From NCBI GenBank assembly GCA_018825985.1, contig JAHKAP010000024.1, forward strand, positions 3,095 through 67,094: DNA of 64,000 bases, read 5' to 3'. This DNA is from Candidatus Omnitrophota bacterium. Its GTDB lineage: Bacteria; Omnitrophota; Gorgyraeia; Gygaellales; Profunditerraquicolaceae. This document shows positions 11,401 through 19,332 of this stretch, in pieces (positions within the stretch are counted from its first letter, which is position 1; the number at the start of each line of letters is the position of its first letter). The notes under the pieces were generated by a model, which was given only the letters and a program-made list of their open reading frames with translations, was not told the DNA's origin and did no database searches. A program made the translations under genes and the position numbers.

Positions 11401-11502
11401 AGCGTATGTCTTGCCTGATCCGGCAGATGCCTCAACTGTAAGGATATGGGGAAAGGTTAATAAATCATCCGGTTTTGAAGGGGTATGATCGCGGTTATCC
11501 AA
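8386..11502 (-). CDS. addA: AddA-type UvrD-family helicase with C-terminal nuclease domain
   Basis: GSGKTYAL Walker A, DEFQDTS, UvrD-like motifs; C-terminal IIDYKSS nuclease motif; 1038 aa. Confidence 0.8.
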   Translation of the reverse strand: MDNRDHTPSKPDDLLTFPHILTVEASAGSGKTYALAQRYLRLIINPALDLKNIPLNNILAITFTNKAALEMKERILEFLKKTALDVSSDEFSRKKAFLAMEYLIRNYNYFQVQTIDSFINAILSGCAFKLGLSSNFKVRTDYRDYLAYSLDELIDRSVSSKEVKEAFRSFLKQYLYIDNRLGWFPKKEVLGVIQGFFSQSNKYGIKFSASRIRPEDLIIKKKHILKLLNKLENILPPETNANFTHSLRSFLEENLESFDVDDLSVFFARPEFPIRKGEEVPDEVALIWEGITTNIRQLCEIESLYVFNSYIVIFNLALEDLKVISCKEDILFLESMNKEAGMLFSEKALSPPELYYRLATRLRHFLIDEFQDTSVLQWKNLYPMIEEALSTGGSLFYVGDKKQAIYRFRGGEVTLMDSVKKELGQFKVFENSLLKNFRSAKTIVEFNNHIFSADNLTRFLTQREESGKSSLKLSPQDKNDIIAVFKGSGQSYQEEKSGGYVKVELIDVENKIDREERIKEKLCGLLKDLTLEFHYQDIAILARENEEVKLLSEWVLALGIPVESEKTLNIRENRYIKELVSLLKFLNSPIDNLSFASFILGDIFSTAGKIPAEKIQNFLFNLRDKKTEEKGYLYREFRREFPGAWEELFDEFFKNAGFTPLYELMIKIIDKFKVLGSFPEYQGFFMHFLELIKKQEAEVPGIAGFLGYFERLPEEDLYVNISGVESVKILTIHKAKGLEFAVVIIPFLEINVQADNDVVYPDNDLLKLIRLKRRYASFSPTLEMAYRKEYKLALLDELNNIYVAFTRAIEELYVFIPGRSRAQVNPAILLFPDVGLEKGLRSEGIARVVPAPKALGPSIPIPVSEYRDWIDLMKEEFIDIGLLRSRDKALIGEALHHILSFIGDLTGEDNKKIVDSAIEKAGFKYPFISDSAYYKESVLRLLEDKKFRDFFESYGCRVYPEKELVDRFGNTKRIDRLLLNKNKAVIIDYKSSREEPAAADYQGQVKEYMKIIKDIYPELKVEGYLIYLDEPSLEEVNG

Positions 11503-11508
11503 TTATCG

Positions 11509-12912
11509 CTATTTAAGCTCTGTGGTATTGGCAGTGCTATTATCGGAGGAAACTTCAGCTGTTTTAGAAGCTTTTTCCTTAAACATTCCCTCGACTGATT
11601 GTTTAAATTCCTGGCCAACCTCAAAAGTTCCGTTTATCACCGCTTTGGTCAGGTCAGTGGCGCTTTTAAACACACCCTGGATGATCTTAGTCGGAGCCAT
11701 GATTATAGTTTCCGGCTGTAAACCATCGCCTTTCCTGGCCTGAGTCAGCTTCTCCTCAAAAGCAAGGCGGATATTGCTAAAATCAAACTGCGGGCTGTCC
11801 ATCTTAGTCTTAACCGTGAAATTTATAGCCACATTCCCCTGATTCGATGCCCTGAATATATTCAATACCGCGTGGGCGATCTTCTCCGCCTTTAACTCCT
11901 CTTCCTCAGCAGAGCGGGGCTTAAAGACAATATCGCTTAAGACCAATTGGCACTGGGCAGTCAAATCATTATTTAAACTCTGGATATTACTGTTAAAATT
12001 AAGCTTGGCTTTTTCGATTCTGGCTTTCTCCAGGTCAACCCAATTGGAATAATACGGATAAAATACGATCCCATTGAGGCCTTCGATCTTTAAAGTAGCC
12101 TGCATATCTTTCTTAAGTATATTGATCCAGCCTTCAAGATTGATGCTGCCATTATCCTTTTCTGCCTGCCAGGGGATCTTTCCTCTTAATTCAAAGTTTA
12201 TCAAGCTGGACTTACGGACAGGAAATTCCAGGTTCTCAATGACTATATTAAGTTTATCCACGGCCAACATTACTTCTTTTCCCTCAATACTCCTGTCAAT
12301 AAAATTCAATGTACCATCCTCCAGAGACATCCTTTTGACAAAAAAGCGCGAGATTGGTATAAATCTTATTTTTTTTGCGGGAGCCAAAGAAGTTACGTTC
12401 TGGATTAAAGAAATATTCGCGTTTGCCTGGGGCAGGTTCGCGGTTAAAGAAATATTGATCGTTTCATTAACAGTTGAGGCAGGATTAGTAACAGCCGCTT
12501 GGTCAAATACAATTGTCTGATTGATCGGAGTAGCCTGATTATTAACCGTAGGTACAAATTTCGGAGCCGGCGGATTCGGGGCTTTTTTCTTTAAAGGATT
12601 CTCGATATTAATCGCCAGCCGCTTAAATTTAAGTTCGGAAAAAGTAAAATCTTTACGAAAAATATCAAAGGCCCCGCTTTTGACGTTAACCTTATCTATC
12701 CTGAATAATCCCTTTACTTCAACATTCTTAATAAGCAGGTTATAAGGTAAATAGGCCTTAAGGCTGCCAATCGTGACTTCCCTGCCGAATAAATCCCGAA
12801 GTTTATTGATTAAAATTGGTTTACCTTTGATATTAACAAAGGTATGTAAAACAGTGGTCCCTAAAATCAAAATTATCAGGAGGACCAAAAGTAACTTTAC
12901 CTGCAGCCTCAT
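11509..12912 (-). CDS. hypothetical membrane-anchored protein (possibly AsmA/DUF748-like)
   Basis: N-terminal TM anchor MRLQVKLLLVLLIILILG; long low-complexity N/T/P-rich linker; no catalytic motifs recognised. Confidence 0.45.
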   Translation of the reverse strand: MRLQVKLLLVLLIILILGTTVLHTFVNIKGKPILINKLRDLFGREVTIGSLKAYLPYNLLIKNVEVKGLFRIDKVNVKSGAFDIFRKDFTFSELKFKRLAINIENPLKKKAPNPPAPKFVPTVNNQATPINQTIVFDQAAVTNPASTVNETINISLTANLPQANANISLIQNVTSLAPAKKIRFIPISRFFVKRMSLEDGTLNFIDRSIEGKEVMLAVDKLNIVIENLEFPVRKSSLINFELRGKIPWQAEKDNGSINLEGWINILKKDMQATLKIEGLNGIVFYPYYSNWVDLEKARIEKAKLNFNSNIQSLNNDLTAQCQLVLSDIVFKPRSAEEEELKAEKIAHAVLNIFRASNQGNVAINFTVKTKMDSPQFDFSNIRLAFEEKLTQARKGDGLQPETIIMAPTKIIQGVFKSATDLTKAVINGTFEVGQEFKQSVEGMFKEKASKTAEVSSDNSTANTTELK

Positions 12913-12941
12913 AAAACCCTTTCTCTTCTTTAGAAATTTAA

Positions 12942-13015
12942 CGCGCCTGGCGTGATTCGAACACGCGACCCTCGGCTTAGAAGGCAGATGCTCTATCCAC
13001 CTGAGCTACAGGCGC
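12942..13015 (-). tRNA. tRNA-Arg (anticodon TCT)
   Basis: Reverse complement gives a cloverleaf GCGCCTG/CAGGCGC acceptor, D-arm GCTC...GAGC, anticodon loop CTTCTAA, T-arm GCGTG-TTCGAAT-CACGC; one T-C mismatch in the anticodon stem; CCA not encoded. Confidence 0.8.
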
Positions 13016-13097
13016 ATTATTCTATTTGTTTCCGCCGTGTGGTGAGCGCAGCCAAACCACAGGCTATCCATCTTATTTCGGGAACATCCCAAAGAAA

Positions 13098-13829
13098 CTA
13101 TGGGCAACCAGCTTCCATCTTAGCACACAAGGAAATTTGACCCTGAGCCGCAAGAGTAACCCATCCTGCAGGACAAGTAGGGGCAGTGTACCCACTTAAA
13201 GTAATCTTGCCTGTTGAACCTAAAGCATTGCCACAAAATTGGATACTTCCATTAACACTTAGCTTCTCATGCGGACTCAGTGTCCCGATGCCGACTTTGC
13301 CTCCGGTTGTTATATTCATTCTATTAACCCCGGCTGTAAAAAAATTCAAATTGGTATTAGAGGCAAGCATCATATCATTTCCATCGCCGCTTACTGCATT
13401 CCCGCCCACAAAACCGATATAGGAGGCGCTAGCAGAATTTTTGAAACTGATACGTGGCGTATTAGCAAGACCAGCTGAAGGGCTCTCCAGTAAAAGATTT
13501 GCACCGTTATAGCTTAAAATGTGAAGGTTTGCTATCGGACTCGGTGTCCCGATGCCGACGTTGCCCTCCACCACCAAATCCGCATTAGCATTGATTGTAT
13601 TTGTGCACGTCCCCTCCCAGCAATATGCGCTCCCATCAAAATAATTATCTCCGATTGCTATGCGCTTTGCCCGCAGTTCTTTATAACTTCCATACGGCGA
13701 AGGGTAATAAGAAGTAATGGTAATGGTCTCTTCAGCCAAAGCTAAGGGATAATATAGAAGGATTAAAAGAAGTATAATAAAAAAACTTAATAAACCTTCC
13801 AAGACTATCCTGTTTATAAGCCTGGCCAT
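13098..13829 (-). CDS. hypothetical secreted Gly/Asn-rich repeat protein (tail-fibre-like VGIGTxSP repeats)
   Basis: Start taken at the internal Met (MARLINRIVLEG..., TM/signal segment then ALAEE) because the upstream ORF-track extension to 13910 overlaps tRNA-Pro; repeats GNVGIGTPSP...GKVGIGTLSP; Cys-rich C-terminus. Confidence 0.5.
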   Translation of the reverse strand: MARLINRIVLEGLLSFFIILLLILLYYPLALAEETITITSYYPSPYGSYKELRAKRIAIGDNYFDGSAYCWEGTCTNTINANADLVVEGNVGIGTPSPIANLHILSYNGANLLLESPSAGLANTPRISFKNSASASYIGFVGGNAVSGDGNDMMLASNTNLNFFTAGVNRMNITTGGKVGIGTLSPHEKLSVNGSIQFCGNALGSTGKITLSGYTAPTCPAGWVTLAAQGQISLCAKMEAGCP

Positions 13830-13851
13830 ATTACTCCCCCTTGTCTGATTA

Positions 13852-13926
13852 TCGGGGCGGACAGATTTGAACTGTCGACCTCTTGCTCCCAAAGCAAGCG
13901 CTCTAGCCAAACTGAGCCACGCCCCG
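13852..13926 (-). tRNA. tRNA-Pro (anticodon TGG)
   Basis: Reverse complement CGGGGCGTGGCTCAGTTTGGCTAGAGCGCTTGCTTTGGGAGCAAGAGGTCGACAGTTCAAATCTGTCCGCCCCGA; C1:G72 pair typical of bacterial tRNA-Pro. Confidence 0.85.
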
Positions 13927-13973
13927 CCCTTTTGGTAACGGTATTATCTAAGTTCATACCAAAAGGGCGGGGC
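13921..13973. repeat. 17 bp perfect inverted repeat gccccgcccttttggta / taccaaaagggcggggc spanning the 5' end and leader of tRNA-Pro (repeat family D)
   Basis: Arms 13921-13937 and 13957-13973, 19 nt loop; a related copy lies at 57402-57447. Confidence 0.6.
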
Positions 13974-14004
13974 ACGCCCCACAAACCCTCTTGGTAAAAT
14001 TATC

Positions 14005-14262
14005 CTAGATAGATAAACTATACTTCAACCTTTTTTTTAGATGGCCTATTACACTACCATGATGCTTAAGTTTATGCTCACGGACCAAAGCATCTTCCTT
14101 ATTCCTGTAAGCTTCGTAATAAACAAACTCCAATGGTACATAAAACTTAGTAGATTCAACTACTCCTCTATTATGCTCTAATATTCTCCTGTTTAAATCC
14201 GGAGTACTCCCGGTATAAATAAAATTGTGATTTTCACTTTTTAATATGTAAACAAAGTACAT
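14005..14262 (-). CDS. GIY-YIG nuclease family small protein
   Basis: YFVYILKS...IYTGSTPDLNRRILEHN matches the GIY-YIG core; 85 aa. Confidence 0.8.
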   Translation of the reverse strand: MYFVYILKSENHNFIYTGSTPDLNRRILEHNRGVVESTKFYVPLEFVYYEAYRNKEDALVREHKLKHHGSVIGHLKKRLKYSLSI

Positions 14263-14289
14263 GCTGGCAATAATAGTGTTATACTTTTA

Positions 14290-15351
14290 CTACTTACTAT
14301 ACGCACAAACGCAATTCTTGCCTTTTTGTTTGGCTTCCTTTAAAACTAAAAGCAGGCGCTGGATCAACTCTTCGCTGGTAATGCCGATCTTATGTTCAAC
14401 CACGCCTATGCTTACAGTAAGCCGTTCCAAACCTAAGGGGGACTTTCTCTGGGAGTCATCAGTAAAAACCGAAGCAGCCACTTTTTCTCGTATCCTCTCA
14501 GCGGTAAAAACAGCCTCTTTACGCTTGGTCTCAGGCAGAATTATAGCAAATTCCTCAGGGCCGTAGCGGCTTACAAAATCAACGAGCCTTCGGCTATCCT
14601 TGATTATCATGCCTACCTGCTGTAAGACACTGTCTCCTCCCGCATAACCGTGTATCTGATTATAATTAGAAAAATTATCTATATCAATCATTAAAATTGC
14701 CAAGGGCCTGGAATAACGCTCAGCCCGGTAGATCTCCTCCTGTAATTGCTCATGAAAATAACGGTGGTTAGCCAAGTTAGTCAGCGGGTCGGTCCGGGAA
14801 AGGCTCTTATTCCGGTCGGATAAACGGATGTTCTCGATATAAAGCGCCAGGTGCTGGCTGATAAAATTAATAGTCTTTAAATCATTCTCGCTGAACGAAT
14901 ATTTATTTTTTTTATCAGTTAGGCTAAGCACCCCTACGACCTTATTCCTGGTCTTGAGGGGGACGATAAGAAAAGAGCTGGTTAGATACCTGGAGAGCCT
15001 TTGTTCGCCTAATTCCGGAAATTCTTCCCGCACGTTCTTGACTAGGAACGGAACGCCTTCTTTAGCTACTCTTCCGGCAAAAGATTCACCAAGTTTTATA
15101 GATGCTTTTGCCAATGAAGGATCCAGTCCGAGGGCTGCTTTAAGATATAATTCTCCTCTGGTTTCGTCGATCAGCATACAGGAGACCCGGTTGATGTTAA
15201 ATAACTCGCCTATCTTTTTAACAAAAGCAGCGATTATCCCGTCGATATCAGTAACCGAATTAATAGATTCAATGTAATTGCAGATTTCCAGGACCAAATC
15301 AAAAATATGTTCATTGGAGATTAAGCTATTGTTTATTTTTTCTTTAGCCAT
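14290..15351 (-). CDS. GAF domain-GGDEF domain protein with degenerate active-site motif GPEEF
   Basis: N-terminal GAF-like region; GGDEF-domain blocks RTDPLTNLANHRYF, MIDIDNFSNYN, YGPEEFAIILPET; I-site-like RLVD present. Confidence 0.75.
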   Translation of the reverse strand: MAKEKINNSLISNEHIFDLVLEICNYIESINSVTDIDGIIAAFVKKIGELFNINRVSCMLIDETRGELYLKAALGLDPSLAKASIKLGESFAGRVAKEGVPFLVKNVREEFPELGEQRLSRYLTSSFLIVPLKTRNKVVGVLSLTDKKNKYSFSENDLKTINFISQHLALYIENIRLSDRNKSLSRTDPLTNLANHRYFHEQLQEEIYRAERYSRPLAILMIDIDNFSNYNQIHGYAGGDSVLQQVGMIIKDSRRLVDFVSRYGPEEFAIILPETKRKEAVFTAERIREKVAASVFTDDSQRKSPLGLERLTVSIGVVEHKIGITSEELIQRLLLVLKEAKQKGKNCVCAYSK

Positions 15352-15994
15352 AGCCGCCTCCTTTCGCTGCCTTTTTTAAAATATAACATTGCCCCTTATT
15401 CTTTAAATACCCGGCAATGATTTTTTCCGCTTTTTTTAAGGCTAAATACCGGTGGCTCATCTTATGTTTAATTTTTGGCCCTAATTGGGCAAAGGTCTTT
15501 TTATATTTAGGAATAATGAATACCGGATCATACCCGAAACCATAATCTCCGCGCGGTTTAAAACCGATCCGGCCGAAACACCTGCATTCTACTGAACCGA
15601 TAAGCTTTCCGGCGTCCGCAATAGCCACAGCGCAGGAATAATGAGCCCTTCTTTTACTAAGCGGTAAATTTCCCAATAATTTAAGGACCTTCTGATTATT
15701 TAGTGCATCACTTTTATTTTTGCCGGAGAAGCGCGCGGAATACACCCCCGGCTTCCCGCCTAAAGCATTGATACACAGCCCTGAGTCCTCGCCCAGGGTC
15801 AACTTTCCATTAAACCGGGAGATCTTGAGCGCTTTTTTAATAGCATTATCCCGGAAAGTCACGCCGTTTTCAACAATCTTAGGCGCAAATGAATAATCAA
15901 CCAGAGAAGTTATCTTTAAATCCAACCCTTTTAAAATCTCCCTGATCTCCTCCAGCTTTTTTTTATTTTGCGTCGCGATTACTAACTCTTTCAT
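15344..15994 (-). CDS. rdgB: dITP/XTP pyrophosphatase (RdgB/Ham1 family)
   Basis: [15 protein letters not shown]-terminus, [27 protein letters not shown] motifs. Confidence 0.8.
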   Translation of the reverse strand: MKELVIATQNKKKLEEIREILKGLDLKITSLVDYSFAPKIVENGVTFRDNAIKKALKISRFNGKLTLGEDSGLCINALGGKPGVYSARFSGKNKSDALNNQKVLKLLGNLPLSKRRAHYSCAVAIADAGKLIGSVECRCFGRIGFKPRGDYGFGYDPVFIIPKYKKTFAQLGPKIKHKMSHRYLALKKAEKIIAGYLKNKGQCYILKKAAKGGGYG

Positions 15995-16704
15995 ATGGCG
16001 TCTTTAAGCAGGTCTTTTTGAATTCCGATCAGGTCCATTATGCCCTTTTTTGCCAAATCCAGAAGTTTATCCATCTGCTCACGGTTAAAAGGCCTTCTTT
16101 CAGCAGTCCCCTGGATCTCGATAAATTCTCCGCTGGAAGTCATTACCACGTTCATATCCACTTCAGCCTTTGAATCTTCCTCATAGTTCAAATCAAGAAG
16201 CGCGGTCTTCTGAATGATCCCCACGCTGGTAGCGGCAACGAAATCTCTTATCGGGATATCACCGATCGAGCCGGCTTTCTTTAATTTATTTAAAGCATCT
16301 ACTAAAGCGATAAAGCTTCCGGTGATCGAAGCAGTGCGCGTGCCGCCGTCACCCTGGATCACGTCGCAATCGATCCAGATCGTTCTTTCGCCCATCTTGT
16401 TAGTATCGGTTACTGTACGTAAAGAACGGCCGATCAAGCGCTGGATTTCATAGGTCCGGCCGGAATCCTTGCCCCGGGGTATCCTGGACTGGCAGGAACG
16501 GGGAAGCATGCCATATTCCGAAGTAACCCAGCCTTTGCCGGAGTTTTTTAAAAAAGGCGGTACGCTATCTTCAACCGAAGCTGTACAGATCACCTTGGTA
16601 TTTCCCAGCTCGATCAAACAGGAACCTTCGGCGTATTTTAAATAATTCCTGGTTATCCTGACCTTTCTTAAAGAATCTGCTTCCCTGCCGTCTAAACGAA
16701 CCAT
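15991..16704 (-). CDS. rph: ribonuclease PH
   Basis: [45 protein letters not shown] plus phosphorolytic exoribonuclease domain blocks. Confidence 0.9.
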   Translation of the reverse strand: MVRLDGREADSLRKVRITRNYLKYAEGSCLIELGNTKVICTASVEDSVPPFLKNSGKGWVTSEYGMLPRSCQSRIPRGKDSGRTYEIQRLIGRSLRTVTDTNKMGERTIWIDCDVIQGDGGTRTASITGSFIALVDALNKLKKAGSIGDIPIRDFVAATSVGIIQKTALLDLNYEEDSKAEVDMNVVMTSSGEFIEIQGTAERRPFNREQMDKLLDLAKKGIMDLIGIQKDLLKDAI

Positions 16705-16725
16705 GCAATTCCTCGCTTTCTTTAT

Positions 16726-17262
16726 TTAGTAAACGCTGTTTCCTTTTGAATCTATGCCCACGATCAAGGGAAAATCCTCTACTTCCAATTTATAAACCGC
16801 CTCCGGGCCCAGATCAGCATAAGCGGCGATCCCGGCTTTCTTAATATACTTATTCAATAAAGCTCCGCATCCGGCAAAGGTTAAAAAATATACTCCTTTA
16901 TATTTTCTTATCGCCTGCCTTACTTCCAAAGAGCGCTTGCCCTTACCGATCATACCGGATAATCCGCACTTAAGTAAAATAGGAGTAAATGCATCCATAC
17001 GCGAACTAGTGGTTGGCCCGCAGGAGCCTATAATTTTACCTTTAGGAGTTTTTGCCGGGCCGCAATAATAAATTACTGCTCCCCTGATATCAAAAGGCAT
17101 TTCTTTGCCTCTATCTCCACCTATACCTTTACCTAGGGCACTTACCAATCTCTTATGCGCCTGATCCCTGGCAGTATAAATAATACCGTTAAGAAAAACT
17201 TCTTCTCCGGCTTTTAATTTATTAATCTCTTTTTTTTCTAACGGTAAATTTATCTTTTTCAT
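16726..17262 (-). CDS. class I fumarate hydratase / Fe-S hydro-lyase, beta subunit
   Basis: Start placed at the internal ATG 17262, which overlaps the alpha-subunit stop (ATGA); GEEVFLNGIIYTARDQAHKRL; the ORF-track N-terminal extension was rejected. Confidence 0.7.
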   Translation of the reverse strand: MKKINLPLEKKEINKLKAGEEVFLNGIIYTARDQAHKRLVSALGKGIGGDRGKEMPFDIRGAVIYYCGPAKTPKGKIIGSCGPTTSSRMDAFTPILLKCGLSGMIGKGKRSLEVRQAIRKYKGVYFLTFAGCGALLNKYIKKAGIAAYADLGPEAVYKLEVEDFPLIVGIDSKGNSVY

Positions 17263-18104
17263 AGAATCACGCTGGAGCTCCTTAAGGCATGGCAACTGAT
17301 ATTTACCGCCACCGGTAATCCGGCGATATGAGTAGGATAAGTTTCGATGTTGACTGCCAAACAAGTAGTTTTACCCCCTAAACCCATTGGGCCGATGTTC
17401 AATCTGTTAATCTCCTTGAATAAGTCCCTTTCTAATTTAACCACATTAGCCTGGAGCCTGCCTGCCGGCGAAGCCCGAAGGCTTCTTAGCAGGGCTTTCT
17501 TAGCCAGAAGACAAGCGTAATCAGCTGAACCGCCGATGCCCACCCCCACTACATACGGCGGACAAGCATCCGGCCCGGCAGTTTTTACCGCGTCTAAAAT
17601 AAATTTCCTGATATCCGTTATTTCAGTTGTAGGCAAAAACATTTTTAACTGGGTTTTATTCTCACAGCCAAAACCTTTAGGCAAAACCGTTAATTTTAAT
17701 TTATTCCCAGGTGCCAAATCTACATATATTAAAGCCGGAAGATAACCGGATTTTCCCCTGATTAACGGATCTTTAATAATAGAATTCCTGAAAGACCCTT
17801 TTTTATAGCCTAGCTCCACTCCCTTATTGATGGCTTTATTTAGATCGCCCTTTATCTTTACATCCTGGCCAAGTTCCAAAAATACACAAGGCAGGCCCGT
17901 ATCCTGGCATATCGCTAATTTCTCCTTTTCAGCTGCCGCGGCATTCTTAATAATCGCATCCAGGATTTTCCCGGCCCTTTTATCCGTTTCATTTTTATAA
18001 GCCAATTTTAAAGCCGCCAAAACATCTTTTCTTAAGACTAAATTTGCCCTAAGGCACAGATCTGCCACTGTATTCTTAATTTTTTCAGCGGATATTATCT
18101 TCAT
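17259..18104 (-). CDS. class I fumarate hydratase / Fe-S hydro-lyase, alpha subunit
   Basis: QDTGLPCVFLELGQDV and C-terminal Cys ligands; two-gene alpha/beta arrangement. Confidence 0.75.
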   Translation of the reverse strand: MKIISAEKIKNTVADLCLRANLVLRKDVLAALKLAYKNETDKRAGKILDAIIKNAAAAEKEKLAICQDTGLPCVFLELGQDVKIKGDLNKAINKGVELGYKKGSFRNSIIKDPLIRGKSGYLPALIYVDLAPGNKLKLTVLPKGFGCENKTQLKMFLPTTEITDIRKFILDAVKTAGPDACPPYVVGVGIGGSADYACLLAKKALLRSLRASPAGRLQANVVKLERDLFKEINRLNIGPMGLGGKTTCLAVNIETYPTHIAGLPVAVNISCHALRSSSVIL

Positions 18105-18142
18105 CTTGGTTTTCCTTTAACCTGAATACTTCCTACTATATA

Positions 18143-18583
18143 CTATCTACTTTTTCTATACTCCCGTAAAACCCGGGTTATTATCCCGCCCCGGGGATTG
18201 AATTCAGTAATAATCTTTGCCCAACGCGGCTTACAGGCCCGGATAAAATCATCCATAATCAGATTAGTCAGATGTTCATGAAATATCCCGACATTGCGGA
18301 AAAAAATCGTATACATCTTTAATGATTTTAATTCAACGCAATGCTTATCCGGAGAATACTCAATTTTTATATTAGCAAAATCCGGCAAACCTGTTTTTGG
18401 ACAGATGCAGGTGAATTCCGGGATATCCAGGCTTATCGTGTAAATCCGATCCGGATATTGGTTCTTCCAAACTTCGATCTCCGGAGTTTTTAATTTCCGG
18501 ACCTTTCCCTGCAATCCCTCATAACTAGACGCATGTCCTTGCGTCCTTAAGTACTTACGACTTCTCATATTATTTGACTCCAA
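18143..18583 (-). CDS. queF: NADPH-dependent 7-cyano-7-deazaguanine reductase QueF (type I)
   Basis: CPKTGLPDF thioimide-forming Cys motif; 146 aa. Confidence 0.85.
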   Translation of the reverse strand: MESNNMRSRKYLRTQGHASSYEGLQGKVRKLKTPEIEVWKNQYPDRIYTISLDIPEFTCICPKTGLPDFANIKIEYSPDKHCVELKSLKMYTIFFRNVGIFHEHLTNLIMDDFIRACKPRWAKIITEFNPRGGIITRVLREYRKSR

Positions 18584-19265
18584 TTATCTTATGCATCTGT
18601 GGTATCAGGCATACACCGATACCCTGTCTAAGGCAGATGGTTTTCAGGTCATCAATTTTTTCATCAAGTGAGCCGCTATCCTCAAAACAATTCGGCTGCA
18701 ATACCAGCCGGATATCAGGCTTAATCTCCTTAATGACCTCCAGGCTTTTTTTAAAATCATCTTCCCCGGTAGAATTACAAATCACCGCCTTTAAGAAAAC
18801 GTCTTTTGCCGAGGCTATCTTCAGGAACTCCCGATGGCTCACCAAGAAATCGCCTGAATTCGTGGAAGACGAAAGTTTAAAATCCATGGCTATAATGTCT
18901 ACATAATCGATCACTTCTTTTAAAGCTTCCGGAAGAGTGCCGTTAGTCTCAAGATAATTTCGAAACCCTTCCTGCTTAGCCAAAATCAATACCTCTTTTA
19001 AAAAATCTTTTTGTAAAAGGGGTTCGCCTCCGGTAAAAGAAATAGAATGATAATTTCCTAAATATGACTTCAACTCGTTTAATAATTCCTGAGATTCATA
19101 TTCACTGAAGTTTTTTAAAGGGGTATCGCAGAATTTACAGGAAAGGTTACAACCAAAGAAACGCACAAATATCTGCCTCTGGCCGGCGTATATCCCTTCA
19201 CCCTGGATGCTTTCGAATATTTCGCTAATCTTACCCTTCATAATCAGGGACACCCTTGCAATCAA
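18570..19265 (-). CDS. queE: 7-carboxy-7-deazaguanine synthase QueE (radical SAM)
   Basis: GEGIYAGQRQIFVRFFGCNLSCKFCDT radical-SAM Cx3Cx2C variant typical of QueE. Confidence 0.85.
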   Translation of the reverse strand: MIARVSLIMKGKISEIFESIQGEGIYAGQRQIFVRFFGCNLSCKFCDTPLKNFSEYESQELLNELKSYLGNYHSISFTGGEPLLQKDFLKEVLILAKQEGFRNYLETNGTLPEALKEVIDYVDIIAMDFKLSSSTNSGDFLVSHREFLKIASAKDVFLKAVICNSTGEDDFKKSLEVIKEIKPDIRLVLQPNCFEDSGSLDEKIDDLKTICLRQGIGVCLIPQMHKIIGVK

Positions 19266-19267
19266 TC

Positions 19268-19332
19268 GGGAGGGTGTCCCCCTCCCATTCTTTAGGGGAC
19301 ACCCTTAGCTTTATCTGCAAGGGTGTCCCTAA
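19268..19332. repeat. cluster of three GC-rich palindromic repeat units (family A: GGGGACASYCCC) forming an 11 bp hairpin; two units encode the queC C-terminal tail
   Basis: agggtgtcccc 19271-19281, ggggacaccct 19295-19305, gggtgtccct 19321-19330. Confidence 0.7.

Noticed and set aside
13016-13097. Intrinsic terminator after the secreted repeat protein gene
   Set aside because: The tgtggt...accaca hairpin has no following U-run on the minus-strand transcript. It is more likely part of the tRNA-Arg promoter/leader region.
13830-13910. ORF-track N-terminal extension (MARALALGARGRQFKSVRPDNQTRGSN) of the 13098..13910 ORF
   Set aside because: It overlaps the well-formed tRNA-Pro gene (13852-13926) on the same strand. 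The internal Met followed by a signal/TM segment is the credible start.
17263-17364. ORF-track N-terminal extension of the fumarase beta subunit (MFGSQHRNLSYSYRRITGGGKYQLPCLKELQRDS)
   Set aside because: It overlaps the alpha subunit 3' end by ~100 nt. The internal ATG at 17262 forms a typical ATGA stop/start coupling.
19268-19310. preQ1 riboswitch near the que operon
   Set aside because: The hairpin lies between queC and queE, and inside the queC 3' end, not in a 5' leader. It is a family A repeat hairpin. The operon leader upstream of queD overlaps murI, leaving no room for a riboswitch.
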